Source: an uncultured Isosphaeraceae bacterium
GTDB taxonomy: Bacteria; Planctomycetota; Phycisphaerae; Phycisphaerales; SM1A02
Assembly (NCBI GenBank): GCA_964610365.1
Contig: CAZSVT010000001.1
Coordinates: forward strand, 1-57,205
Direction: 5' to 3'
Length of the DNA stretch: 57,205 nt
Shown here one piece after another: positions 17,256 to 27,513 of this stretch. A model generated the notes under the pieces. That model had not been told where the DNA came from, ran no database searches, and saw nothing but the letters and a program-made list of their open reading frames with translations. The position numbers and the translations under genes are program-made. Positions within the stretch are counted from its first letter, which is position 1; the number at the start of each line of letters is the position of its first letter.

Positions 17256-18650
17256 ATGGGGTCGGACCAGACGCCTTCGCACTTCGTCCCGAGCGGATCC
17301 GCGGGCGCCCCCGCGATGGTCGGCCTGCGCCTGAGCGTGATGATGTTCCTGCAGTACGCGATCTGGGGCGCGTGGCTGCCGATCCTCTATCCGTTCCTGC
17401 TCGGGCATCGGGGATTCACGCTGGAACAGACGGGACTGTGCCTCTCGGCGGGCGCGGTCGGGGCCATCTTCGGGCCGTTCCTCGCGGGTCAGCTCGCCGA
17501 CCGGAACATCGCCACCGAGAAGCTGCTGGCCGCCAGCCATCTCGTCGGCGCGGTGCTGGTGCTCTCGCTGGCCTACGTCGGCTCCTTCCCGGTCTTCCTG
17601 GTCCTCAGCGCGCTCTACGGATTCGTCTACGCGCCGACCCTGGCGCTGACCAACTCGCTGGCGTTCGCCCACCTCGCGGATCGTGATCGCCAGTTCGGGC
17701 TGATCCGCCTCTGGGGCACGGTCGGCTGGATCGCGGCGGGCATCGCGGTGGGGCAGGCGCTGCTGCGGTGGCACACGCCCGCGGGCGTCGCACCGCAGGC
17801 GGTGGAGGCGGCGCAGAACGCGGGTCGGGCGTTCGCGTTCCAGTTGAGCGCCGGGCTCGGCGTGGTGATGGCGTTCTACTGCCTCACCCTTCCGCACACA
17901 CCGCCGGCGAGGCAGGCCCGCGAGCAGTTCGCGCTCGCCGAGGCGCTGCGGGAGATCCGTCACCAGCCCCTGATCACGCTCTTCCTGATCTCGATCCCGG
18001 TGAGCATGATCCACCAGTTCTATTTCATCTTCACCAGCGAGTTCGTCGGCAAGGTGCAGAACACGGCCGCGAGCGTCGACGCCGACAAGTTCGCGAAGGC
18101 GGTGAACGAGATCTTCGGCGTGGGCGGCGGCGGGCTCATGACGATCGGGCAGATGACGGAGATCGCGGTGCTGGCGCTCATGCCGCTCGTGGCGCCGGTG
18201 GTGGCGCGGAAGTGGCTGCTCATGGTCGGGCTCGCGGCCTACGCGGCGCGCATGGCGATCTTCGCGTACGCGCCGGAACTGACGCCGGTGCTCATCGGCG
18301 TGGCGCTGCACGGCCTCTGCTTCGGCTGCTTCATCTTCGTGGCCTTCATGGTGGTCGACGAGTGGACGACGCCGGATGTCCGGGCGACCGCGCAGAACCT
18401 CTACAACCTCGTCTTCATCGGGATCGGCATCATCGTCGGCAGCTACTTCGCCACGGCGGTGGTGGGCAACTTCGCCAAGGTGCCGCGACTCGACGCCGCG
18501 GGCCTGGTGATGCGGAACGCCGCGGGCGAGCCGGAGATGGTCATGGACTTCACCCGGCTCTTCTCGGTGCCGATGTGGATCGCCCTCGGATGCCTGGTGC
18601 TGCTGCTGGCGTTCTATCCCTCGCGCGTCGCGAAGCGCGCGCCGGCGTGA
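17256..18650 (+). CDS. MFS transporter, nucleoside:H+ symporter (NupG/XapB-like) family
   Basis: ATG 17256 is preceded by GGAAGGAGG. The N-terminus ..LRLSVMMFLQYAIWGAWLPILYPFL.. parallels the NupG N-terminus (..LSFLQFCLWGSWL..). About 12 TM segments are predicted. Confidence 0.75.
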   Translation: MGSDQTPSHFVPSGSAGAPAMVGLRLSVMMFLQYAIWGAWLPILYPFLLGHRGFTLEQTGLCLSAGAVGAIFGPFLAGQLADRNIATEKLLAASHLVGAVLVLSLAYVGSFPVFLVLSALYGFVYAPTLALTNSLAFAHLADRDRQFGLIRLWGTVGWIAAGIAVGQALLRWHTPAGVAPQAVEAAQNAGRAFAFQLSAGLGVVMAFYCLTLPHTPPARQAREQFALAEALREIRHQPLITLFLISIPVSMIHQFYFIFTSEFVGKVQNTAASVDADKFAKAVNEIFGVGGGGLMTIGQMTEIAVLALMPLVAPVVARKWLLMVGLAAYAARMAIFAYAPELTPVLIGVALHGLCFGCFIFVAFMVVDEWTTPDVRATAQNLYNLVFIGIGIIVGSYFATAVVGNFAKVPRLDAAGLVMRNAAGEPEMVMDFTRLFSVPMWIALGCLVLLLAFYPSRVAKRAPA

Positions 18651-18950
18651 TGGCGGCGGTTCGCCGGGAGGCGCCGCGAAGGGTGGGCCCGCCCGCATGA
18701 GGCGGGGGATCGCGGCCTCCCGCTGGTGCGGCGGCTCGTCGGATGCTTCGCCTGGGGACGAGTATCGAGCAGGAGGTCGGGCGGTCCGGAAGCGTGGAGT
18801 CCGCCATGACGTCACGGATCGACGGCCACGGGCCGCTTCCAGGCGGCGCCGATGGCATCGATCGCCGTCCGCGTCGTTGCGTTTCCGGCAGCAGCCCACG
18901 ACAATCGGCCGATGAAGCGGACCGCGGCCTGCGGCCCGCACGAAGACGCC

Positions 18951-20441
18951 ATGCACGCACCAACCATCCATCACCTCATCGGCGGAAGGAAGATCACCGA
19001 GGCGACGGCCACGGTGCACCGGACGAACGCCGATCCCGCCACGGGGCAGCCGCGGAGCGCAGCGCCGCTTGAATCGCTCGCGAGCGCCGAGGCCGCCGTG
19101 CAGTCGGCGCTCGATGCGTTCCCGGCCTGGTCGGCGACGCCCGTCGGCGACCGCGTGCAGGTGCTCTTCCGCTACAAGGCGCTGCTCGAGGCGAAGGCGG
19201 GCGAACTCGCCGACATCGTCGTCGCCGAGCACGGCAAGACGAAGGCCGAAGCGCTCGGCAGCGTTCGGCGCGGCATCGACTGCGTGGAATTCGCCTGCGG
19301 CGCTCCGGCGCTGCTGATGGGCCGATCGCTTCCGCAGATCGCCGTGTCGACGAGCTTCTGCCGAACGGAGGACCAGGGCGGCGTCGGCATCGACTCGGTC
19401 GTCGATCGCGTGCCGCTGGGCGTGTGCGTGGGCATCACGCCCTTCAACTTCCCCGTCATGGTGCCGCTCTGGATGTGGCCGATGGCCGTCGCGTGCGGCA
19501 ACACCTTCGTGCTCAAGCCGTCGGAGAAGGTGCCGCTCAGCGCCACGCGCGCGGCGGAGCTGGCGCTCGAGGCCGGCCTGCCTCCCGGCGTGCTCAATGT
19601 CGTCCACGGCGGTCCGAGCGTGGTCGACGCGCTCATCACGCACGAACAGGTGAGCGCAGTGTCGTTCGTCGGCTCGACGCGCGCGGGCGAGCACATCTAC
19701 AGGACCGCGACGGGCGCGGGCAAGCGCGCCCAATGCATGTGCGGCGCCAAGAACCATTCGATCGTGATGCCCGACGCCAATCGAGAGGCCGCCGTCGAGG
19801 GGCTGCTCGGCTCCGCCTTCGGCAACGCGGGGCAGCGCTGCCTGGCCGGAAGCGTGGCGGTGGCGGTGGGGGATTCCGCCGAATGGCTCGTGCCGGCGCT
19901 GGTCGCCGGGGCGAAGGCGATTCGCGTGGGACCCGGTGGCGACGCGGGCGTCGGCATGGGGCCGCTCGTCGACGCGGAAGCGAAGGCGCGCGTGGAGCGA
20001 GCCATCGAGACGGCGAAGCGCGAAGGCGCGGAGATCGTGCTCGACGGACGCACGCATCCGTGTCCCGCGGGCGCATGCTTCACCGGGCCGTCGATCATCG
20101 ATCGCGCCCGCCCGGGCATGGCGGTGGTGGAGGAGGAAATCTTCGGACCCGTGCTCGCCGTCATGCGCGAGTCGACGCTCGATGCGGCGATCGCCACGGT
20201 GAACCGTTCGCGCTACGGCAACATGAGCGTGCTCTTCACCTCGAGCGGCCACGACGCGCGTCGATTCCGATCGCTGGTGCAGGCGGGGATGGTCGGCATC
20301 AATGTCGGCGTTCCGGCGCCGATGGCGGCGTTCCCCTTCGCGGGTTGGAAGCAGTCGTTCTTCGGCGATCTGCACGCCAACGGCGAGGACGGCGTCCGCT
20401 TCTTCACCAGGTCGAAGGTCACGGTCTCGCGCTGGCTCTAG
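18951..20441 (+). CDS. mmsA: CoA-acylating methylmalonate/malonate-semialdehyde dehydrogenase
   Basis: Supporting segments are MHAPTIHHLIGGRKI, GITPFNFPVMVPLWMWPMAVACGNTFVLKPSEKVP, GAKNHSIVMPDA and the catalytic Cys in GNAGQRCLA. ATG 18912 is an alternative start. Confidence 0.9.
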   Translation: MHAPTIHHLIGGRKITEATATVHRTNADPATGQPRSAAPLESLASAEAAVQSALDAFPAWSATPVGDRVQVLFRYKALLEAKAGELADIVVAEHGKTKAEALGSVRRGIDCVEFACGAPALLMGRSLPQIAVSTSFCRTEDQGGVGIDSVVDRVPLGVCVGITPFNFPVMVPLWMWPMAVACGNTFVLKPSEKVPLSATRAAELALEAGLPPGVLNVVHGGPSVVDALITHEQVSAVSFVGSTRAGEHIYRTATGAGKRAQCMCGAKNHSIVMPDANREAAVEGLLGSAFGNAGQRCLAGSVAVAVGDSAEWLVPALVAGAKAIRVGPGGDAGVGMGPLVDAEAKARVERAIETAKREGAEIVLDGRTHPCPAGACFTGPSIIDRARPGMAVVEEEIFGPVLAVMRESTLDAAIATVNRSRYGNMSVLFTSSGHDARRFRSLVQAGMVGINVGVPAPMAAFPFAGWKQSFFGDLHANGEDGVRFFTRSKVTVSRWL

Positions 20442-20460
20442 CGCGGCCCGAAGGAGCATC

Positions 20461-21332
20461 ATGCCGCGCATCACCCGTGCCGCACTCGTGCAGGCCGCCT
20501 TCCCCGGGCGCTGCGATGCACCGCTCGAGTCGATCAAGAAGGCGGCGATCGATCGGCATCTGGAACTGATCGGTGAAGCGGCTCGGCGCGGCGCGCAGGT
20601 CTGCTGCCTCCAGGAAGTCTTCAACGGTCCCTACTTCTGCGCCGAGCAGGAGGAGCGCTGGTACGGCATGACCGAACCGATTCCGGACGGTCCCACGATC
20701 ACGCTGATGCAGAAAGTGGCCAGGGAGCACCGCATGATCCTGGTGGTGCCGATCTACGAAGTGGATCTTCCAGGCGTCTACTTCAACACCGCGGCGGTGA
20801 TCGACGAGCACGGCACGTACCTCGGCAAGTACCGCAAGCACCACATTCCGCACTGCAAGCCCGGCTTCTGGGAGAAGTTCTATTTCACCCCGGGAAACCT
20901 CGGCTACCCGGTCTTCGACACGAGCGCGGGTCGGATCGGCGTCATGATCTGCTACGACCGCCACTTCCCGGAGGCGGCGCGCGAGCTCGGCCTGAACGGC
21001 GCCGAGATCGTCTTCAATCCGAGCGCCACGGTGGCGGGGCTGAGCGAGTACCTGTGGAAGCTGGAGCAGCCGGCGCACGCGGTGGCGAACCAGTTCTTCG
21101 TGGGCGCGATCAATCGCGTCGGCACGGAGGCGCCGTGGAACATCGGCGAGTTCTACGGCCAGAGCTACTTCTGCGATCCGCGCGGCAGGATCATCGCGGA
21201 GGCGTCGCGCGCCAGGGACGAGGTGGTGGTGGCCGATCTCGACCTCGACCAGATCCGGCAGGTGCGCGACACCTGGCAGTTCTTCCGGGATCGCCGCCCC
21301 GAGAGCTACACGCGCACGACGGCGCTGAAGGC

Positions 21333-21336
<4 letters not shown>
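20461..21336 (+). CDS. Beta-ureidopropionase (N-carbamoyl-beta-alanine amidohydrolase), nitrilase superfamily
   Basis: Start is ATG 20461 (MPRITRAALVQAAF). The Glu-Lys-Cys triad context is CCLQEVF, GKYRKHHIP and GVMICYDRHFPE. FWEKFYFTPGNLGYPVF resembles animal-type beta-alanine synthase. Confidence 0.85.
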
Positions 21337-22820
<1,484 letters not shown>

Positions 22821-22834
22821 CCCTGGAGGGATCC

Positions 22835-24217
22835 ATGTCGACCGCCGCCAAGAGCACCGCCGCCGCGCCGCCCCGCATGCCGCCGTGCGCTCATCGACCG
22901 CAGCCCTATGCGGGGCCGAGTCGCGCCGAGGTGCTGGCGCTGCGCCGCGAGTTCCTGACGCCGTCGCTCATCACCTACTACCGCGAGCCGATCATGGTCG
23001 TGGAGGGCCACATGCAGTGGCTCTTCGACGAGACGGGGCGCCGCTACCTCGATGCGTTCGCGGGCATCGTGACCGTGAGCGTGGGCCATTGCCATCCGCG
23101 CGTGGTGGACGCGGTGCGCCGTCAGAACGAGCGGCTCCAGCACACGACCACGATCTATCTCCACCCGAACGCGGCGCTCTTCGCGAAGAAGCTCGCGTCG
23201 ACCTTCCCGAAGGAGTCGGGGCTGAGCGTCTGCGCGTTCACCAACTCCGGCGGCGAGGCGAACGATCTCGCCGTGATGATGGCGCGCGCCTTCACGGGAA
23301 GCTTCGACGTGATCGCGCTGCGGCACGCCTATCACGGCATGTCGAGCGCCACGATGGGATTGAGCGGGCTCTCCACCTGGAAGCAGCCGTTCCCGCACGG
23401 GCTCGGCGTGCAGCATGCGAGACTGCCCGATCGCTACCGCGGACCCTGGGGCTCCGACGACGCGGAGGCCGGCCGGCGCTACGCGGACGATGTCGCGGAC
23501 CTGATCCGGACCGGAACCTCCGGCAAGGTCGCCGCGTTCATCGCCGAGCCGATCCTCGGCGTCGGCGGCGCGATCGAGATGCCGCCCGGCTACCTGCGGG
23601 AGGTCTACGCGAGCGTGCGTGCGGCGGGCGGGTTGTGCATCTGCGACGAGGTGCAGACCGGTTTCGGCCGCACCGGCGATGCGTTCTGGGGATTCCAGAA
23701 TCACGGCGTCACGCCCGACATCGTCACGCTCGCCAAGGGCATCGGCAACGGCGCCCCGCTCGGCTGCGTGGTGACGCGGCCTGAGATCGCCAAGGCCTTC
23801 ACGCAGCGGCTGCATTTCAACACCTACGGCGGGAACCCCGTGAGCATGGCGCAGGGGCTCGCCACGCTCGAGGTGATCCTGGAGGACGGCATCCAGGCTC
23901 GCGCGAAGGAGCTCGGCGCGCGACTGATCGGCGGACTGCGCGAGCTTCAGAAGCGCCATCCGAAGCTGGGCGATGTGCGCGGGCGCGGCCTGATGGTCGG
24001 TGCCGAACTCGTGGAGGATCCGCGCACCAAGGTGCCGGCGCCGGCGCTGGCCGCGGAGGTGCTCGAGCGCTGCCGCGAGATGGGCGTGCTCGTCGGCAAG
24101 GGCGGGCTCTTCGGGAACGTGCTGCGGATCAAGCCGCCCATGTGCATCGAGCAGGCGGACATCGACTTCCTGCTCGAGGTGCTCGACCAGGCGCTCGGCG
24201 GCGCGGCGGGCGCGTGA
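22835..24217 (+). CDS. Class III aminotransferase (AGXT2-like beta-alanine / 3-aminoisobutyrate:pyruvate transaminase)
   Basis: ATG 22835 is preceded by GGAGGG. Supporting segments are TNSGGEANDLAV, FIAEPILGVGG, ICDEVQTGFGRTG and the PLP-lysine context DIVTLAKGIGNG. Confidence 0.9.
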   Translation: MSTAAKSTAAAPPRMPPCAHRPQPYAGPSRAEVLALRREFLTPSLITYYREPIMVVEGHMQWLFDETGRRYLDAFAGIVTVSVGHCHPRVVDAVRRQNERLQHTTTIYLHPNAALFAKKLASTFPKESGLSVCAFTNSGGEANDLAVMMARAFTGSFDVIALRHAYHGMSSATMGLSGLSTWKQPFPHGLGVQHARLPDRYRGPWGSDDAEAGRRYADDVADLIRTGTSGKVAAFIAEPILGVGGAIEMPPGYLREVYASVRAAGGLCICDEVQTGFGRTGDAFWGFQNHGVTPDIVTLAKGIGNGAPLGCVVTRPEIAKAFTQRLHFNTYGGNPVSMAQGLATLEVILEDGIQARAKELGARLIGGLRELQKRHPKLGDVRGRGLMVGAELVEDPRTKVPAPALAAEVLERCREMGVLVGKGGLFGNVLRIKPPMCIEQADIDFLLEVLDQALGGAAGA

Positions 24218-24218
24218 G

Positions 24219-25640
24219 TCACGCGCGTGGTGCGGCGGTCGGGCCGGCGCCGGACGCCGTGCGCGGCACGAGCCGACCGCCGCCGCCCGGACCGACGAAC
24301 GTGCCGTCCCGGGCCACGATCTCGCCGCGGCGCACGACCACGCTCGGCCGCCCCTTGAGCTCCCAGCCCTCGAAGGCGCTGTAGTCGGTGGCCATGCGGT
24401 GATGGGCCGCGGTGATGCGCCCCCGGAAGTTCGGGTCGTAGATCACCAGGTCCGCGTCGCCGCCGACGGCGATCGAGCCCTTGCCCTTCAGTCCGAAGAT
24501 CCGCGCGGCGTTGGTGCTGGCGCTCGCCACGAAGGTGCGCAGGTCGATGCGCCCCGTGCACACCCCGTGGGTCCAGAGCAGGTTCACGCGATCCTCGACG
24601 CTGGGGATGCCGTTGGGAATCCGGGTGAAGTCGTCGCGCCCCATGTGCTTCTGCGGCTCGAAGTCGAACGGCGCGTGATCGGTGGCCACCGTCTCGATGA
24701 CGCCCGAGCGAAGCCAGTTCCACAGTCGCGGCGGCTGCGATGCGTCGCGCAACGGCGGCGACATGACGAACTTGGCCCCTTCGAATCCGGGGCGCTCCGC
24801 GAAGGAGCGATCGAGCACGAGGTGCGGAACGACCACTTCCACATGGGCACGCACGCCGCGGCCGATGCCCGCGAGCGCTTCGCGCACCGCCTCGTCGCAC
24901 GAGGTGTGGACCACATAGACCTCGGCGCCGGTCGCCTCCGCGAAGGCCATGAGATGGTGCACGCCCGCCGCCTCCACGCGCGGCGGCCGGCTCGGCTCGT
25001 GCCACTCCGGTCCGGTCCGTCCGGCGGAGACGAGGGCGCGCTGCGCTTCGTCGACGAGCGTCTCGTTCTCGCAATGCGCGGTGACGACGACGCCCAGCTC
25101 GCGCGCCAGGCGCATCGCGGCGAAGAGCTCGCGATCGTCCACGCCCAGCGCGCCCTTGTAGGCGAGGAAGACCTTGAAGCTGGTCACGCCGCGACGAACG
25201 ATCTCCCGGAACGCCCGCTCGGCGGCGTCGTCGAAGCGCGTCACGCCCATGTGGAACGCGAAGTCGCAGGAGGCGCCGGCCTTCGCCTTGCCGAGCCAGG
25301 TCTCGAAGGCTTCGAGCGGATCGTCCTGCCTGCCGGGGCAGATCATCTCGATGAGCGTCGTCGTGCCTCCGACGAGCGCCGCCTGCGACGCGCTCTCCCA
25401 GGTGTCCTTGGCGTGCGTGCCCATGAAGGGCAGGTGCACATGCACATGCGGGTCGATGAAGCCGGGGAAGACGAACCTGCCTTGCGCGTCGACGACCGTG
25501 GCACCGCGCGGCACGGAGGCGGGATCGATGCGGCGCTCGATGCGCTCGATGACGCCGTCGACGGCGAGGATGTCTCCGCGGAAGTCGTCCGAGGCGGTGA
25601 CGATGCGGCCGTTGGTGACGAGCAGCGGTGGGGTGGACAT
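24219..25640 (-). CDS. Dihydropyrimidinase (D-hydantoinase)
   Basis: Supporting segments are PGFIDPHVHVHLPF (metal His pair), SFKVFLAYKG (carboxylated Lys context), AHCEN, FVMSPPLR and ATDHAPF. Confidence 0.9.
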   Translation of the reverse strand: MSTPPLLVTNGRIVTASDDFRGDILAVDGVIERIERRIDPASVPRGATVVDAQGRFVFPGFIDPHVHVHLPFMGTHAKDTWESASQAALVGGTTTLIEMICPGRQDDPLEAFETWLGKAKAGASCDFAFHMGVTRFDDAAERAFREIVRRGVTSFKVFLAYKGALGVDDRELFAAMRLARELGVVVTAHCENETLVDEAQRALVSAGRTGPEWHEPSRPPRVEAAGVHHLMAFAEATGAEVYVVHTSCDEAVREALAGIGRGVRAHVEVVVPHLVLDRSFAERPGFEGAKFVMSPPLRDASQPPRLWNWLRSGVIETVATDHAPFDFEPQKHMGRDDFTRIPNGIPSVEDRVNLLWTHGVCTGRIDLRTFVASASTNAARIFGLKGKGSIAVGGDADLVIYDPNFRGRITAAHHRMATDYSAFEGWELKGRPSVVVRRGEIVARDGTFVGPGGGGRLVPRTASGAGPTAAPRA

Positions 25641-25679
25641 GGCAGTGCGGCGTCGATGCGTGCGTCCGGCGAGGCGTCG

Positions 25680-26834
25680 CTAGTCGCCCTTGTTCGACAC
25701 GAGATTCTCGCTCTGGCGCACGAAGTCGTCGCCCTTCCAGTCGCCGTCGCGCCGCACGACACCGTCGGCGGCGGCCTTCCTGGCGGCGCGCGCGTCGGCC
25801 TGGCGCCGCACCAGGTCCGCGTGCGTCGTGAAGTACTGGAGCGCATGCCCGCGGAACGACTCGATCGTGGCGAAACCCTTGCGATCCATGAACGCGGCCA
25901 GGTCCGTGCACATGGATTGCACCAGGCCGTAGCCGTGCTTCATCACGCCGGTGCAGACCTGCACCGTCTCGGCGCCGAGCAGGATGAACTGCGCCGCGTC
26001 GGCGCCCGTCTCCGCGCCGCCGATCGCCGAGAGCGAGCGCGGCGTGCCGTCCGGTCCCGCGCCGGCGAACTCCGTTCGCATCATCGTCGCCAGCTGCATG
26101 ACCATTCGAAGCGCGACCGGGCGCACCGCGATGCAGGAGTACCCGCCCGGCACCGTGTACCCCTCCACCGTCGGCTCCGGTCGAAGCGTCTCGAGATCGA
26201 CGCCCATGACGCAGAGGATGGTGTTGACGGCGCTCAGGCCCTCGCAGCCGGCGCGGAGTGCCGCCCGCCCCGGATCCTCGATGTGCGTGATGTTGGGCGT
26301 CATCTTGGCCCACACCGGAACGGTCGCCACCGCGTTCACCCAGCCGCAGACCTCCTCGAGGATCGACGGGTCTTCACCCATGGCCGCGCCCATGCGGCGC
26401 TCGGGCAATCCGTGCGGGCACGAGAAGTTGAGCTCGAGCGCGTCGACGCCGGTGTCCTGCACGCGCTTGACGATCTCGATCCACGCGTCGCGCCGATACT
26501 CCTCCATGATCGACGCGATGAGCACGCCCTTCGGGTGCTGCTTCTTCACCTGGCGGAACTCCTCGATCCAGGTGTCGAAGGGGCGATCGCTGATGAGCTC
26601 GATGTTCTGCCAGCCGAAGACCTCGCGCGAGCCGGGGGCGCGGAGGCGCGCGTAGCGCGGCTGCACATTGACGACCTTGGAGGCGTCGAGGCTGATCGTC
26701 TTGGCGATCACCGCCCCCCAGCCTTCCTCGAAGGCCTTGCCGATCACATTGGCGTTCGTGCCGGGAGGACCCGACCCGATCACGAAGGGATTCGGCAGCG
26801 ACAGTCCGTTGACGCGAACGGTGAGATCGGCCAT
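25680..26834 (-). CDS. Dihydropyrimidine dehydrogenase PreA-like / class-1 dihydroorotate-dehydrogenase-fold flavoprotein, without the ferredoxin tail
   Basis: Supporting segments are VNGLSLPNPFVIGSGPPG, GWQNIELISDRP, the catalytic Cys context LELNFSCPHG, and VWAKMTPNIT. The C-terminal ~50 aa are charged and contain no CxxCxxCxxxC motif. Confidence 0.8.
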   Translation of the reverse strand: MADLTVRVNGLSLPNPFVIGSGPPGTNANVIGKAFEEGWGAVIAKTISLDASKVVNVQPRYARLRAPGSREVFGWQNIELISDRPFDTWIEEFRQVKKQHPKGVLIASIMEEYRRDAWIEIVKRVQDTGVDALELNFSCPHGLPERRMGAAMGEDPSILEEVCGWVNAVATVPVWAKMTPNITHIEDPGRAALRAGCEGLSAVNTILCVMGVDLETLRPEPTVEGYTVPGGYSCIAVRPVALRMVMQLATMMRTEFAGAGPDGTPRSLSAIGGAETGADAAQFILLGAETVQVCTGVMKHGYGLVQSMCTDLAAFMDRKGFATIESFRGHALQYFTTHADLVRRQADARAARKAAADGVVRRDGDWKGDDFVRQSENLVSNKGD

Positions 26835-27021
26835 GCGGTGCCCTCATCGGCCGCGCGTCGGCGGCCGAACGCTCAGGCTAGCAGCGCGTCCGCGCGGAAG
26901 CAGGCGCGGCCTTGCCGCGGAGAGGCTCGCCTCGCATGCGTCGGTGGATCGCATGCACCGTCCTGGCATCGACGGTCCGCCGCGTCGCGGGCCCGGCGGT
27001 CGGAAGGGCTGTCGCCGACGC

Positions 27022-27444
27022 TCAGCGGCTCACCTTGCCCGCCGCCGGAGGCGCGTCGACGCCGGTGCCGGCGCTCGGCGGACTGAAGACGTCCAGGATC
27101 TTCGTGCGCTCGAGCGCTTCCGCCGAGTGCGGCACGTTCGGCGGGATCACCAGGACCTGTCCCGGGCCGAGCGTGGGCGTCTCCTCCGCGGGCGTTCCCT
27201 CGTGGATCACGAAGCGCATCCTGCCTTCGAGCACGATCGCGAACTGCTCATTGGGATGGTGGTGCGACGCGAGGAAGAAGCCCTTCTCGAGGACCACGCT
27301 TGCGAGCATCGCGTGTTCGCCGGGAACGCGCTGACGCGTGATCTTCGGCATCGGCGTGTCGGTCGGAAGCGACGACCACGCGTAGACGCGGGCGGTGGAT
27401 GGGGCGCCGGCGGTTCGACTGGTGGATGATGGATGCGTCGGCAT
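27022..27444 (-). CDS. Cupin-domain protein
   Basis: ATG 27444 is preceded by GGAGGA. Cupin motifs are SHHHPNEQFAIVLEG and PPNVPHSAEA. It lies upstream of the preA-like and dihydropyrimidinase genes on the same strand. Confidence 0.7.
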   Translation of the reverse strand: MPTHPSSTSRTAGAPSTARVYAWSSLPTDTPMPKITRQRVPGEHAMLASVVLEKGFFLASHHHPNEQFAIVLEGRMRFVIHEGTPAEETPTLGPGQVLVIPPNVPHSAEALERTKILDVFSPPSAGTGVDAPPAAGKVSR

Positions 27445-27513
27445 GAGGTCCTCCGAGGCGTGCGATGGAGGCATCGTAGGGGCGCGGTCACGGACCGGCC
27501 GTACACTTTGCGC

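Noticed and set aside
18697-19072. Small + strand ORFs (72 and 109 aa) and a 137 aa - strand ORF in the gap upstream of mmsA, considered as a missing regulator.
   Set aside because: The translations are Arg/Pro/Ser-rich with no helix-turn-helix or other motif, and they overlap each other. They are treated as non-coding.
17139-20624. A 1161 aa ORF on the - strand spanning the MFS transporter and mmsA.
   Set aside because: It is antisense to two genes with clear family signatures. Its translation is Arg/His/Asp/Gly-rich with no recognisable motifs, which is typical stop-codon-poor antisense reading in ~70% GC DNA.
24210-24226. An 8-bp perfect inverted repeat (gcgcgtga-g-tcacgcgc) containing the stop codons of the convergent aminotransferase and dihydropyrimidinase genes, 1 nt apart.
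   Set aside because: The 1-nt spacer cannot form a hairpin loop. The symmetry is largely explained by two convergent genes both ending in GCG-CGT/GCG-TGA-type codons. It is probably coincidental and not a demonstrable terminator.
24000-27086. A 1028 aa ORF on the + strand across the dihydropyrimidinase and preA-like genes.
   Set aside because: It is antisense to two strongly supported genes and is a low-complexity Arg/Ala/Asp/His translation.
27433-27513. ATG 27433 as the start of the ankyrin/zinc-ribbon protein.
   Set aside because: It would overlap the divergent cupin start (27444) and add a basic, non-hydrophobic leader. GTG 27514, directly before the first TM helix, is more plausible. 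The start remains unresolved.
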